A stretch of DNA of 64,000 bases, taken from Desulfatiglandales bacterium. GTDB lineage: Bacteria > Desulfobacterota > DSM-4660 > Desulfatiglandales > HGW-15. Positions 1-9,853 of the stretch are shown here, in pieces. The notes below the pieces were generated by a model. It was not told where the DNA came from. It made no database searches and saw only the letters and a program-made list of their open reading frames with translations. Made by a program: the position numbers and the translations under genes. Position 1 is the stretch's first letter. Each line of letters starts with the position of its first letter. The DNA is taken from NCBI GenBank assembly GCA_963667015.2, contig CAXXJJ010000004.1, positions 2,144,001 through 2,208,000 on the forward strand, read 5' to 3'.

Positions 1-212
1 GGTGTGTATGAAATAAAGGCACAGGGCTCAGGGCACAGGGAAGAAAAAGATAAAATCTGGTTAGGGTATGGGGCTACGGTTTAAGGTAAAGGCAGAAGCA
101 TCTTGATTCTCCGGTTTTGATTAATTGATGATAAAATATTACGAGTTGACAACAGCACCCTACAAATTATATCGCATATACGATAAAAATTAATATATTC
201 AGCAATTTTAAA

Positions 213-1586
213 ATGGAAAATTTTGATAATATAGACAAACATTTCAGGAATGCCCTTGTAGACGTAATTCCATGCTCCGTGTTCATGGTGGACAGGGATC
301 ATAAGATAATTTACTGGAACAAATCTGCTGAACAGCTGACCGGTTACAGTGCCTCTGAAATAGTCGGGTCAACATGCGACAAGTTCAGGATAAATATCTG
401 TGCATACCAGGATGTATCCATAAGAAAAACCTTCTGCCCGCTTCTTTCAGGAGGGAATGGCGGCGAGGTGGAATGCGAAATGCTTTCAAAAGACGGCCTG
501 GTAATACCTGTAATGCGCAGGAGCAAACCCGTTTATGATGACAACGGCAATATCATAGGCGCTATAGAGGCATTGATTGATGTAAGCATGATCAAGCAGG
601 CACGCAATGAAATCCGCGTTTTAAAACATGAGATTGCAAGGATGGGCAAATACGGAGACCTTGTCGGCCGTTCCCCCCGGATGCAGAACCTGTATGAAAT
701 CATACAGGTTATATCTAAAAACGATGCGGGAATACTTATTGAAGGCGAGACCGGGACAGGAAAAGAACTGATCGCTAAGACCATTCATGCAGAAAGCAAC
801 CGTGCGGATAAGATATTTCTGCCTGTAAACTGCGGCGCACTTCCCGAAACCCTCCTCGAGGCTGAACTGTTCGGCCATAAAAAGGGAGCATTTACCGGGG
901 CAGTTGAAGACAGGGCAGGATGCTTTGAAACAGCCTCGGGCGGCACCCTGTTTCTGGATGAAATTGGAGAAATGCCCTTATCTTCCCAGGTAAAACTATT
1001 AAGGGTGCTCCAGGAAAAGGAGATAACACGTGTTGGGGAGGCTATCCCTAGACGTGTAAACTGCCGCATCATTGCGGCCTCCAACAAAAAAATATCAGAG
1101 CTTGTCAAGACAGGAAAATTCAGGGAAGACCTCTACTATCGGCTAAGAATTGTAGGTCTTACAGTACCTCCCCTCCGGGAACACAGGGATGATATCAAAG
1201 ACCTTATTACCCATTTTATCGGGCTCTTTAATAAAGAATACAATAAGAATATAGAAGGATGTTCTCCATCTGTAATGAACCTGCTCCTTGCCTATAAATG
1301 GCCGGGAAATGTAAGAGAGCTTGAACATGTCATAGAACATGCCTTTGCAGTAACTCTCGGCACCCAGAAGGTAATTACACTTTCTTCCATTCCACCCGAA
1401 TTAACCCGCGAAAGCAAACCGGTCCGCACCCCCAGGCGAAAACCGGTTCCAGCTACAGAGGAAGATGAAAAGGCCCAGGTCCTTGATGCGCTTTCTGAGG
1501 CAAACGGCAACAAGGCACAGGCTGCCAGGATTTTAGGTATTACCCGGGCAGGATTATACAAAAAAATGCGTAGACTCGGACTGTAA
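213..1586 (+). CDS. PAS-domain sigma54-dependent transcriptional activator (NtrC/Fis family)
   Basis: N-terminal PAS with Cys residues, GETGTGKE Walker A, GAFTGA loop, [17 protein letters not shown]-terminal Fis HTH. Confidence 0.95.
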   Translation: MENFDNIDKHFRNALVDVIPCSVFMVDRDHKIIYWNKSAEQLTGYSASEIVGSTCDKFRINICAYQDVSIRKTFCPLLSGGNGGEVECEMLSKDGLVIPVMRRSKPVYDDNGNIIGAIEALIDVSMIKQARNEIRVLKHEIARMGKYGDLVGRSPRMQNLYEIIQVISKNDAGILIEGETGTGKELIAKTIHAESNRADKIFLPVNCGALPETLLEAELFGHKKGAFTGAVEDRAGCFETASGGTLFLDEIGEMPLSSQVKLLRVLQEKEITRVGEAIPRRVNCRIIAASNKKISELVKTGKFREDLYYRLRIVGLTVPPLREHRDDIKDLITHFIGLFNKEYNKNIEGCSPSVMNLLLAYKWPGNVRELEHVIEHAFAVTLGTQKVITLSSIPPELTRESKPVRTPRRKPVPATEEDEKAQVLDALSEANGNKAQAARILGITRAGLYKKMRRLGL

Positions 1587-1596
1587 ACTATTTACA

Positions 1597-1632
1597 TTCA
1601 GTTTACGCTTACTCACTTCAGTATACGCATAC
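1597..1632. promoter_or_regulatory. Candidate activator binding sites (16-bp direct repeat, 20-bp period)
   Basis: TTCAGTTTACGCTTAC at 1597 and TTCAGTATACGCATAC at 1617, about 100-130 bp upstream of a sigma54 promoter. Confidence 0.5.
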
Positions 1633-1726
1633 CAGACACGCCTCGGTTATCACCTCCAGGCTCCCTACCACATCTATCTATTTGATTTAACTCCATTTTA
1701 CAACTTCACTCTTCTCTATCTCAAAA

Positions 1727-1743
1727 TTGGCCTATTCCTTGCT
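1727..1743 (+). promoter_or_regulatory. sigma54 (-24/-12) promoter of the 1859-16224 operon
   Basis: TTGGCCTATTCCTTGCT = GG-N10-GC, immediately downstream of a sigma54 activator gene. Confidence 0.8.
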
Positions 1744-1858
1744 TTATCTGACTGTAAACCGGAAGAAGAAGAAGATCTGGCAGTTTACAGGTAAAGAAGG
1801 CACAAAACCGGATAAAACAGATTTTTTATCATTACTGATTTTTACCGGAGAGATACCA

Positions 1859-2194
1859 ATGAAGGAACAATTACAGCAGGACAATTATTCGGAAGATATA
1901 AAAGACAACCGGCTTAAACTGATGAATTTTTGTGCCTCCTGGAGCAGCCCCTGCTTTAACCAGTGTTCCATACTTGAGGATCTTTCAGAATTATTGCCCG
2001 GCTGCATCGATATCGTCAGGGTCAATATTGATGACCCGGATAATGACTCGGACAAATATAATGTAAATGCAGTGCCCACTTTATGCCTGGTCAGAAATGG
2101 AAAAGAAATAAAGCGTTTTATTGGTGTCCAGCAGTTGGACTCGCTTCTTGAGGTTATAAAATTTCACATGGAAAAGGAGAAATGTAATGTCTGA
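1859..2194 (+). CDS. Thioredoxin-family protein, atypical WSSPC (SxxC) active site
   Basis: F.ASWSSPC...VNID...YNVNAVPTL thioredoxin pattern; ATG 1859 preceded by GGAGAG (the track's TTG start at 1727 is the promoter). Confidence 0.8.
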   Translation: MKEQLQQDNYSEDIKDNRLKLMNFCASWSSPCFNQCSILEDLSELLPGCIDIVRVNIDDPDNDSDKYNVNAVPTLCLVRNGKEIKRFIGVQQLDSLLEVIKFHMEKEKCNV

Positions 2195-2690
2195 AAAAAC
2201 ATCAAATCAATCCGGGAACAAAAAATGGATATACATTAATGCAGGCATGGTCATAGGGGCTATTTTCTGCGGTATACTTATTATTTCAATAATGCCGTCA
2301 ATGATGATCATTACAAAAGAATCGAAACTCGGCTTTGATGACACTGTAGCTACGGTACAGCAAAGAATCAAGGAACAGGGATGGTCCGTAAAGGGCGTCA
2401 GTGATGTAAAAGATGAAATAAATAAGGCAGGCTATGAGTTTCAGCCTAGGGTAAAAATCATAAAACTGTGCAAGGCTGAATATGCGAAAGAGGTACTTAC
2501 TACTGACCGATTTGTATCATGCCTCATGCCCTGCAGCATTTCTGTATGGGAAGGTGATGACGGCAGGGTTTATCTATCTGAAATGAACATGGCCCTTATG
2601 GCTAAGCTGTTTGGTGGCAATATCAGCAAGGTCATGGGCGGTAAAGTTGTCCAGGACGAAGAAAAGATGCTTGAGGGATTTCTATTATAG
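2187..2690 (+). CDS. DUF302-family protein with N-terminal membrane anchor
   Basis: Hydrophobic N-terminal segment; IKLCKAEYA and LMPCSISVWE motifs typical of DUF302. Confidence 0.8.
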   Translation: MSEKTSNQSGNKKWIYINAGMVIGAIFCGILIISIMPSMMIITKESKLGFDDTVATVQQRIKEQGWSVKGVSDVKDEINKAGYEFQPRVKIIKLCKAEYAKEVLTTDRFVSCLMPCSISVWEGDDGRVYLSEMNMALMAKLFGGNISKVMGGKVVQDEEKMLEGFLL

Positions 2691-2717
2691 GATTGAATAC
2701 TTAAAGGAGATAATACA

Positions 2718-5591
2718 ATGAATATCAGGGAAAAAATCGCAGAGTTTTCCATAAAAAAATATAAACTGGTAACAATAGTCATGGTGCTGTTGACATCAGT
2801 TATTATCCTTTGGGCAGCTCTCCCCTCTATCTTTCCGGGAACATTCCCCTATCTGAATTCACTGAGGGTTGATACCGACCCTGAAAACATGCTCCCAGCA
2901 GATGAGCCTGTAAGGTTGTTCCATGACAACATGAAAAAGGAACTGCAGCTCTATGACATGGTAGTTGTAGGTGTTGTAAATGAAATACATCCTGACGGTG
3001 TATTCAATCCTGAAACACTGAAAAATATATACGAGCTTGCAAATTTTGCAAAGACGCTTCACTGGACAGAAAACGGAGAAGAAAAGGGCGTGGTTGAGGT
3101 TGACCTTATTGCCCCGTCAACCGTGGATAACATCGAACAGGGAGGGCTGGGGACTGTAAAATTCGAGTGGTTGATGCCGAAGCCTCCCCAGACCAGGGAA
3201 GAGGCAATTGCTGTTCGTGAAAAGGCAAAAAGAATACCCTTTTTAAACGGCACGCTCGTATCCGAAGACGGCAAGGCCCTTGCTATTTATATCCCCCTTA
3301 CACACAAAGACTTAAGCTACAGGGTATACTCTGCACTTCAGCAGAAGGTCGCACAATTTGAAGGGGATGATGAATACCATATAACCGGTCTCCCTGTGGC
3401 CGAAGACACCTTCGGGGTTGAGATGTTTATACAGATGGCAGTATCGGCCCCGGCAGCAATGGTTGTGATTTTCATACTCATGCTGGTATTTTTCCGAAAG
3501 CTCGTTCTTATTATATCTCCTATGATAGTAGCAGTGGTGTCGGTTGTCCTGACAATGGGGGCCTTGATAATAGCAGGATTTCCGGTCCATATAATGAGCA
3601 GCATGATACCCATATTTATAATGCCCATTGCGGTCCTGGATTCTATACACATTATCAGTGAATTCTTTGAGCTCTACCAGCAGACAAAGAGCAGGAGCCA
3701 GACGATGATAAAAGTCATGGACGAGTTATTCACTCCCATGCTCTATACATCTCTTACTTCCGCAGCAGGCTTTGCCTCTCTGGCACTTACTCCGATACCT
3801 CCGGTACAGGTATTCGGTATCTATGTTGCCCTGGGGATAATGATTGCATGGGTACTGACCATTATATTTATCCCCGCCTATGTAATGTTTCTTAAACCGG
3901 AAACACTTGATAAATTTGGTGCAGTTCATTCAGCTGACAAGTGCGACGCAGTGACCCGTACAGGCCGTGCACTGATATCAATTTGCAGATTTACCTATAA
4001 ACGCGCAAAATTAATACTCACCTTTTCGGTTCTGCTTGTAATCCTTTCCATCTACGGGATGAGCCTGATAACCATCAATGACAACCCGGTAAAATGGTTC
4101 AATTCCTCTCATCCCATCAGGGTAGCTGACAGGGTACTGAACAAGCATTTCGGGGGTACATACATGGCATACCTTGCCCTTTCAGCTGAAGATGAAAAAT
4201 ATGATGCGGATAGTTTCATACAGGGTTTTAAGACCAGGTCAGAAAACAGAATGGAAGAACTTGATTTCCCTGAAGCAACGAGGGTTTTCACAGAGGTAAT
4301 TAACACCATTTCAGAGACCGCGGAAGCCTCAACGAACAGCAGGGAAGTATATGAGAATATCACGGATATAATAAATGAAAATCTGGACAGTTCAAGCGGT
4401 GATGAGGCAGATGCATGGGATGAAGCCTCCCTTTTTGTTGCAGAGGAAAGACAGAGAGACCAGGTATTCAAGGACCCTTCGGTTTTAAATTATATTTCCA
4501 GCCTTCAGAATGCCCTGCTCGATACCCATGTAGTTGGCAAATCCAATTCACTTGCTGACATTATAAAAACCGTGCACAGGGAACTTTTTGAGGGTAAAGA
4601 GGATCACTATAATATTCCTGCCAGCTCAAAGGCTGTTGCCCAGTGCATGATAAGCTATCAGTCCAGCCACCGCCCCGGTGACCTGTGGCACTTTGTCACT
4701 CCTGACTACCGGAAAAGCAGTATATGGGTACAGCTGAAAAGCGGTGACAACAAGGATATGTCCGCTGTAGTCGATAAAATCAATGAATATATATCTGACA
4801 ATCCTCCGCCTGTATCACTTAAGATTGACTGGTTCGGCCTTACATACATTAATGTCGTGTGGCAGAAGAAGATGGTCACCGGAATGATGGAGGCATTTGC
4901 AGGGAGTTTCCTTGTTGTATTCCTTATGATGACAGTACTTTTCCGCTCTGCTCTGTGGGGAATACTCTCCATGATACCGCTTACAATAACAATAGGGGCG
5001 ATCTACGGCGCAATAGGAATAATAGGGAAAGACTATGACATGCCTGTCGCGGTATTAAGCTCAATGACACTGGGGCTTGCGATAGATTTTGCCATACATT
5101 TCCTGGCGAGAAGCCGGCAGATGTACCCTTCCTACGGATCATGGGCAGAGACATCAACTGCAATATTTGCAGAACCCGCCAGGGCAATAATGAGAAATAT
5201 CATCGTAATAGCGGTTGGTTTTCTGCCTCTTCTGCTGGCCCCCCTTACACCCTATAAGACAGTTGGCGCACTCCTTGCCGCCATTCTCCTGGTTTCAGGT
5301 GCCGGGACACTGCTGCTTCTTCCTGCCCTTATGAAGGTACTGGAGAAGCCCCTTTTTAAAAGCAGGCGTGTTGCTGGACAATGCTGCAATTGTATAGCCT
5401 GCATTGTATCATCGATTGCGCTGGTATTACTGATAGCTCTGACCCTTGTATCATTTACCGGTGTTTCCTGGTCAACCCTGACATGGTTTGCGGTTATAGC
5501 AATACCTGTTATGGCTCTTTTATGCGGTTTAATGTCAAGGCGTGAAAAATGTAAAATACAAATTGAACAGGAGGTTGTTAAAAATGACTGA
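2718..5591 (+). CDS. MMPL/RND-superfamily transporter
   Basis: Two repeats of large periplasmic loop plus TM bundle; AVLDSIHI and GLAIDFAIHF motifs; extra Cys-rich C-terminal TM pair. Confidence 0.9.
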   Translation: MNIREKIAEFSIKKYKLVTIVMVLLTSVIILWAALPSIFPGTFPYLNSLRVDTDPENMLPADEPVRLFHDNMKKELQLYDMVVVGVVNEIHPDGVFNPETLKNIYELANFAKTLHWTENGEEKGVVEVDLIAPSTVDNIEQGGLGTVKFEWLMPKPPQTREEAIAVREKAKRIPFLNGTLVSEDGKALAIYIPLTHKDLSYRVYSALQQKVAQFEGDDEYHITGLPVAEDTFGVEMFIQMAVSAPAAMVVIFILMLVFFRKLVLIISPMIVAVVSVVLTMGALIIAGFPVHIMSSMIPIFIMPIAVLDSIHIISEFFELYQQTKSRSQTMIKVMDELFTPMLYTSLTSAAGFASLALTPIPPVQVFGIYVALGIMIAWVLTIIFIPAYVMFLKPETLDKFGAVHSADKCDAVTRTGRALISICRFTYKRAKLILTFSVLLVILSIYGMSLITINDNPVKWFNSSHPIRVADRVLNKHFGGTYMAYLALSAEDEKYDADSFIQGFKTRSENRMEELDFPEATRVFTEVINTISETAEASTNSREVYENITDIINENLDSSSGDEADAWDEASLFVAEERQRDQVFKDPSVLNYISSLQNALLDTHVVGKSNSLADIIKTVHRELFEGKEDHYNIPASSKAVAQCMISYQSSHRPGDLWHFVTPDYRKSSIWVQLKSGDNKDMSAVVDKINEYISDNPPPVSLKIDWFGLTYINVVWQKKMVTGMMEAFAGSFLVVFLMMTVLFRSALWGILSMIPLTITIGAIYGAIGIIGKDYDMPVAVLSSMTLGLAIDFAIHFLARSRQMYPSYGSWAETSTAIFAEPARAIMRNIIVIAVGFLPLLLAPLTPYKTVGALLAAILLVSGAGTLLLLPALMKVLEKPLFKSRRVAGQCCNCIACIVSSIALVLLIALTLVSFTGVSWSTLTWFAVIAIPVMALLCGLMSRREKCKIQIEQEVVKND

Positions 5592-6432
5592 TAATAAATT
5601 TAAGAAATCTGCAATTCTTATTGTGGTTATGGTTTTAGGCTTTCTTCCTTCAGGCGCTGCTTCATATGCCGCCGAGGGAGATATCACTGATGTTGCACAG
5701 ATAGTTAACCGCGCAAATGTTGTTGCATATTATCAGGGCGCTGACGGCAAGGCAAAGGTCAGTATGACAATATATGACAACCAGGGCAGAACGCGTGAAC
5801 GCAGGCTTACTATTCTTCGCTGGGATGAACCTGCCCCTGATGGAAAGGCCGGTGATGAATACTGCGGTGCCCAAAAGATATATGCCTACTTTGACAGGCC
5901 AGCGGATGTGAACAAAACAGTTTTTCTGGTATGGAAAAACATGGACAGGGATGATGACCGATGGATGTACCTCCCTGCGCTGGATCTTGTAAAAAGGATA
6001 TCCTCAACCGATAAAAGGACAAGCTTTGTGGGTTCTAACTTTTTCTATGAAGATGTATCCGGTCGAAATATAAATGATGACACTCACGAGCTTATAAAGA
6101 CTACCGATGATTACTATGTTCTGAAAAATACGCCAAAGGACCCGGACCTTGTCGAGTTTGCATATTATGAGATGTGGATACACAAGAAGAGTTTCATAGT
6201 TGTTAAGACAGACTACTATGACAGGGAAAACAAAAAATACCGCACCTATGAGGCACAGGCGGTTGACGATATTCAGGGATTTCCTACTGTGACAAAATCA
6301 AAAATGACTGACTTGAGGACAAACGGTTATACGGTACTCGAATACTCGGATGTTCAATACAACATTGGCGTATCCGAGGATATCTTTACAGAAAGATATT
6401 TAAGAAGACCTCCGAGGAAATATTTAAAATGA
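5584..6432 (+). CDS. Outer-membrane lipoprotein-sorting (LolA-like) periplasmic protein
   Basis: Signal peptide; DDDRWMYLPALDLVKRI and SFVGSNFFYEDV motifs; ATG overlaps the MMPL 3' end. Confidence 0.85.
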   Translation: MTDNKFKKSAILIVVMVLGFLPSGAASYAAEGDITDVAQIVNRANVVAYYQGADGKAKVSMTIYDNQGRTRERRLTILRWDEPAPDGKAGDEYCGAQKIYAYFDRPADVNKTVFLVWKNMDRDDDRWMYLPALDLVKRISSTDKRTSFVGSNFFYEDVSGRNINDDTHELIKTTDDYYVLKNTPKDPDLVEFAYYEMWIHKKSFIVVKTDYYDRENKKYRTYEAQAVDDIQGFPTVTKSKMTDLRTNGYTVLEYSDVQYNIGVSEDIFTERYLRRPPRKYLK

Positions 6433-7982
6433 TAAGAACTGACACATTAGTGAAAAGCCTTTTTCTGTCTCTCTTATTCAGCACACTCCTGATAATACTG
6501 TTCACTAAAAACCTGTACGCTGATGAAGGCCCTGCTTTGCCGAAGGGTTTAAGTGGAGTCTCAGAGCAAACAAGCGATGATACCCCTCCCGGACTCCCTG
6601 CAGGCCTGGGAGGAGACTCATACACAGATAACATTAAGGATCAACCGGAAACACCTCCTGGACCCGGATCATCTAATCCCTCTGAAACCAATGATGATCC
6701 GGGTCCAAACCTGCCGAAAGGGTTGTTTTCAGGAAACAGTAGAGAGAAAGAAGAAGCCAGCACAAATAAAACAATAACCTTTCCATTTACAGGCTTTATA
6801 GAAATGCGCGGCGGAATGCGGCTCTATGATGACACCTATGAAAAGGATACCTCTGTTGGAGAGGTAAGACTGCAGCTTGAAACTGAAAAACAACTGGGTA
6901 AATTCCTGATTCGTAACACGACAGATATTTACTATGATGCAGTCCCTGAGGATCATCCCATCGACCTGGAAACGGGTGAAGGTTTCATTGATTTAAGGGA
7001 ATTGAGCGTTTCTTTCTCCGCATTTGATTTTATGGACATAAAGGCAGGCCGCCAGATCCTGACATGGGGGACAGGTGATCTTGTATTTATTAATGACCTT
7101 TTCCCCAAGGACTGGCAGTCTTTTCTTATAGGCCGGGACACGGAATATTTAAAGGCTTCTTCTGATGCACTTAAGGCCAGTATTTTTACTGACATCGTAA
7201 ACATCGATATTGTCTACACACCAAAATTTGACAGTGACAGGTTTATCTCCGGTGAACGTTTATCCTACTGGAACGGGTCCTTTACAGCAGGGAGAGACAG
7301 CATTGCCCGGGCAGACAGGCCGGGCGACTGGTTTGACAATGATGAATGGGCAATAAGATTTTCAAAAAATATCAACGGCAATGAGTTTGCCCTGTACGGC
7401 TACAAGGGGTACTGGAAAAGCCCGGGCGGAATAGACTCATCAACCTTCAGGTATATCTTTCCCCGACTGAATGTATATGGAGCAAGCTATCGCGGCCAGA
7501 CAGGAAAGGGAATAGGCAATATAGAGGCAGGATATTATGACTCAAGGGATGACAGCAGCGGGAATAATCCCTTTATCAACAACAGCCAGATCCGTTTTCT
7601 TGTTGGATATGAGCAGGATCTGCCGTGGCTTACATCTGATCTCACCGCAGGTTTTCAGTATTACCTGGAGCACATGGTGGATTATAACGAATATCTGAGC
7701 ACGCTGCCTTCTGGTTCTCCGGCAGCGGATAAAAACCGCCATCTGCTTACGCTTAGAATTACCAAGCTGTTATTGAATCAGAACCTGACATGTTCTCTGT
7801 TTACCTATTATTCACCCTCTGACCATGATTTTTATATTAGGCCCAATGTAAATTACAAATTTACGGATAACCTGGAAGGAGAAATGGGCGCGAATATTTT
7901 TGGAGGAGATTATCCGCATACCTTTTTCGGGCAGTTTCATGACAACACAAACGTGTTTATGGCTATCCGATATAATTTTTAA
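6429..7982 (+). CDS. Putative outer-membrane beta-barrel protein
   Basis: Signal peptide, GRQILTWG motif, alternating beta-strand pattern, C-terminal aromatic (RYNF); third gene of MMPL/LolA-like trio. Confidence 0.75.
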   Translation: MIRTDTLVKSLFLSLLFSTLLIILFTKNLYADEGPALPKGLSGVSEQTSDDTPPGLPAGLGGDSYTDNIKDQPETPPGPGSSNPSETNDDPGPNLPKGLFSGNSREKEEASTNKTITFPFTGFIEMRGGMRLYDDTYEKDTSVGEVRLQLETEKQLGKFLIRNTTDIYYDAVPEDHPIDLETGEGFIDLRELSVSFSAFDFMDIKAGRQILTWGTGDLVFINDLFPKDWQSFLIGRDTEYLKASSDALKASIFTDIVNIDIVYTPKFDSDRFISGERLSYWNGSFTAGRDSIARADRPGDWFDNDEWAIRFSKNINGNEFALYGYKGYWKSPGGIDSSTFRYIFPRLNVYGASYRGQTGKGIGNIEAGYYDSRDDSSGNNPFINNSQIRFLVGYEQDLPWLTSDLTAGFQYYLEHMVDYNEYLSTLPSGSPAADKNRHLLTLRITKLLLNQNLTCSLFTYYSPSDHDFYIRPNVNYKFTDNLEGEMGANIFGGDYPHTFFGQFHDNTNVFMAIRYNF

Positions 7983-7996
7983 AAGGAGCTTTTTAT

Positions 7997-8716
7997 ATGC
8001 ATGCAACAATACAAAAACCGATTAACGAAATTTTAAGTCATATACAGGAAGGAGAAAAGGTCTTCGTTGTAGGCTGCAACAACTGTGCATGGAAATGCCA
8101 TTCAGGTGGTGAAGAAGAAACGAAAGCCATGGCAGAACGCCTTGAAAAAAGAGGTATCGATGTCGTGGGATATACAGTACCCGGGCCCCAGGGCATGTCT
8201 CTTTGCAAGCTGGACCATACCCGCAAGGTATTGAATGAAGACTTCGGCGATCAGGTAAAAGAGGCTGATTCCTTCCTGGTCCTCGGATGCGGACAGGGTG
8301 TACACACTGTCATTGACGCTACAGACGGAGGGATGGTTCACCCCGGTTGTGATACTATTTTCGGCGGAGAAACTGTGTCAGACAACAATATCAATGAATA
8401 CTGTTCATTGTGCGGAGAATGCATCATTGACTCCACCGGTGGACTGTGCCCCATGACCCTCTGTGCGAAAAGCCTGCTTAACGGCCCATGCGGTGGTGCT
8501 GAAAACGGCAAATGCGAAGTTGACAGCGAAAGAGACTGCGGCTGGATACTTATTTATGAAAGGCTCAAAAAACTTGGCCGCGAAAACATATTAAAGGAAT
8601 ATCAACAGCCTAAAAATCATGCAAAATGGAGCCGCCCGAGGCGTTTACAGGTAAGCATTCATGAGGCTACTTTTATTTCTCAGGATGGCGCGGTAATCGT
8701 CAGCAACATGGATTAG
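7997..8716 (+). CDS. metV: Methylene-THF reductase small Fe-S subunit (MTHFR_C domain)
   Basis: CSLCGEC, CPMTLCAKSLLNGPCGG, KCEV...DCGW; directly upstream of metF. Confidence 0.85.
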   Translation: MHATIQKPINEILSHIQEGEKVFVVGCNNCAWKCHSGGEEETKAMAERLEKRGIDVVGYTVPGPQGMSLCKLDHTRKVLNEDFGDQVKEADSFLVLGCGQGVHTVIDATDGGMVHPGCDTIFGGETVSDNNINEYCSLCGECIIDSTGGLCPMTLCAKSLLNGPCGGAENGKCEVDSERDCGWILIYERLKKLGRENILKEYQQPKNHAKWSRPRRLQVSIHEATFISQDGAVIVSNMD

Positions 8717-8740
8717 TAATATAGAATTGGAGAATCGACA

Positions 8741-9667
8741 ATGAAATTAAAAGAATTATTTGATAAAGGCGAATTTGTTATTACCGGTGAAGTAGGCCCT
8801 GTAAAAGGAGCAATACTGAGAGATGAAAGTTATGTTCCCCCCTGCGCAAAAGAGGCGGAAGATCTGCGTGGTTATGTTAATGCCATAAATGTAACAGACA
8901 ATCAGAGTGCAGTAATGAGGCTTGGCTCCCTGGCTGCATGTGTCAGGCTTAAAAAAAACGGTCTGGAACCGATTTACCAGATCACCTGCAGGGACAGAAA
9001 CAGGCTTGCACTCCAGTCTGAAATTCTTACTGCATATTCACTTGGCGTTGACAATATGCTTATGCTGACAGGAGATCATACCAATCTTGGAGATCACAAG
9101 GAAGCCAAACCAGTATTTGATCTTGATTCCGTGCAGCTTATTAAAATGGCAGCAGGCCTTCAGGCAGGAAAAGACATGGTAGGCAATGATCTGTTAAATT
9201 CCCCTGACATTTATATAGGTGCGGTGGTTAATCCCAATTTTGAACCCCTCGATCTTCAGTTGATAAAAATGGAAAAAAAGATCGAGGCGGGAGCGCAATT
9301 CTTCCAGACACAGGCTGTCTATGATCCTGACGTTTTTGAGAAGTTTGTTCGCAAGACAGAAGGTTTTGGGGTACCTATTCAATATGGTCACGTTATACTG
9401 AAATCGCCTGCAATGGCCAAATATATGAACAAAAACGTTTCAGGAATTAAGGTACCGCAATCCCTGATCGATGAAATTAGCTCGGTTCCATCCGAACAGC
9501 GGAAACAGAAGGCTGTTGAAATGTCCGCACGACTGATAAAAGAAATTGCTCCAATGGTCCAGGGAATTCATTTTATGCCCCTTGGCTGGTCAGACATAGT
9601 ACCGGAAATAATCAAAGAAATGAAGTTTCCAGCAGCAGACAGCGGAGTATCCGGTAACATTGCATAG
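8741..9667 (+). CDS. metF: 5,10-methylenetetrahydrofolate reductase
   Basis: NVTDNQSAVMRL, TCRDRNRLALQS, LTGDH, KKIEAGAQFFQTQ motifs. Confidence 0.92.
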   Translation: MKLKELFDKGEFVITGEVGPVKGAILRDESYVPPCAKEAEDLRGYVNAINVTDNQSAVMRLGSLAACVRLKKNGLEPIYQITCRDRNRLALQSEILTAYSLGVDNMLMLTGDHTNLGDHKEAKPVFDLDSVQLIKMAAGLQAGKDMVGNDLLNSPDIYIGAVVNPNFEPLDLQLIKMEKKIEAGAQFFQTQAVYDPDVFEKFVRKTEGFGVPIQYGHVILKSPAMAKYMNKNVSGIKVPQSLIDEISSVPSEQRKQKAVEMSARLIKEIAPMVQGIHFMPLGWSDIVPEIIKEMKFPAADSGVSGNIA

Positions 9668-9784
9668 TGTCGTGTCATTCTTCAACTGTCAGTTATAACC
9701 TGCGAGGGCGCTACGCATCGTGCCCTTATGTGGAGGCAGGCCGAAATTACAAACAGGCCCCGATAATTTTTGAAGTGACGCTAG
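9665..9784. other. Structured 120-nt intergenic element (MITE-like or cis RNA)
   Basis: Bounded by TAG at both ends; three nested complementary pairs (9672-9685/9770-9781, 9699-9703/9736-9740, 9704-9711/9720-9727). Confidence 0.4.
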
Positions 9785-9853
9785 TTGGGTCCCTTTCATC
9801 CCGTATAGTACCTGTTGCCATACAGGATGTTACATCAGATAAGGATCAATAAC

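Noticed and set aside
17..40. AGGGCAC/AGGGCTC heptamer repeats at the window start
   Set aside because: Only about three units, no spacers, context cut by the edge; not a CRISPR
1727..1858. N-terminal extension of the thioredoxin-like ORF from TTG 1727
   Set aside because: The TTG is part of the sigma54 -24 element; a proper RBS and ATG occur at 1859
9667..9852. 61-aa ORF between metF and RACo
   Set aside because: No RBS or recognisable motif; overlaps the structured element
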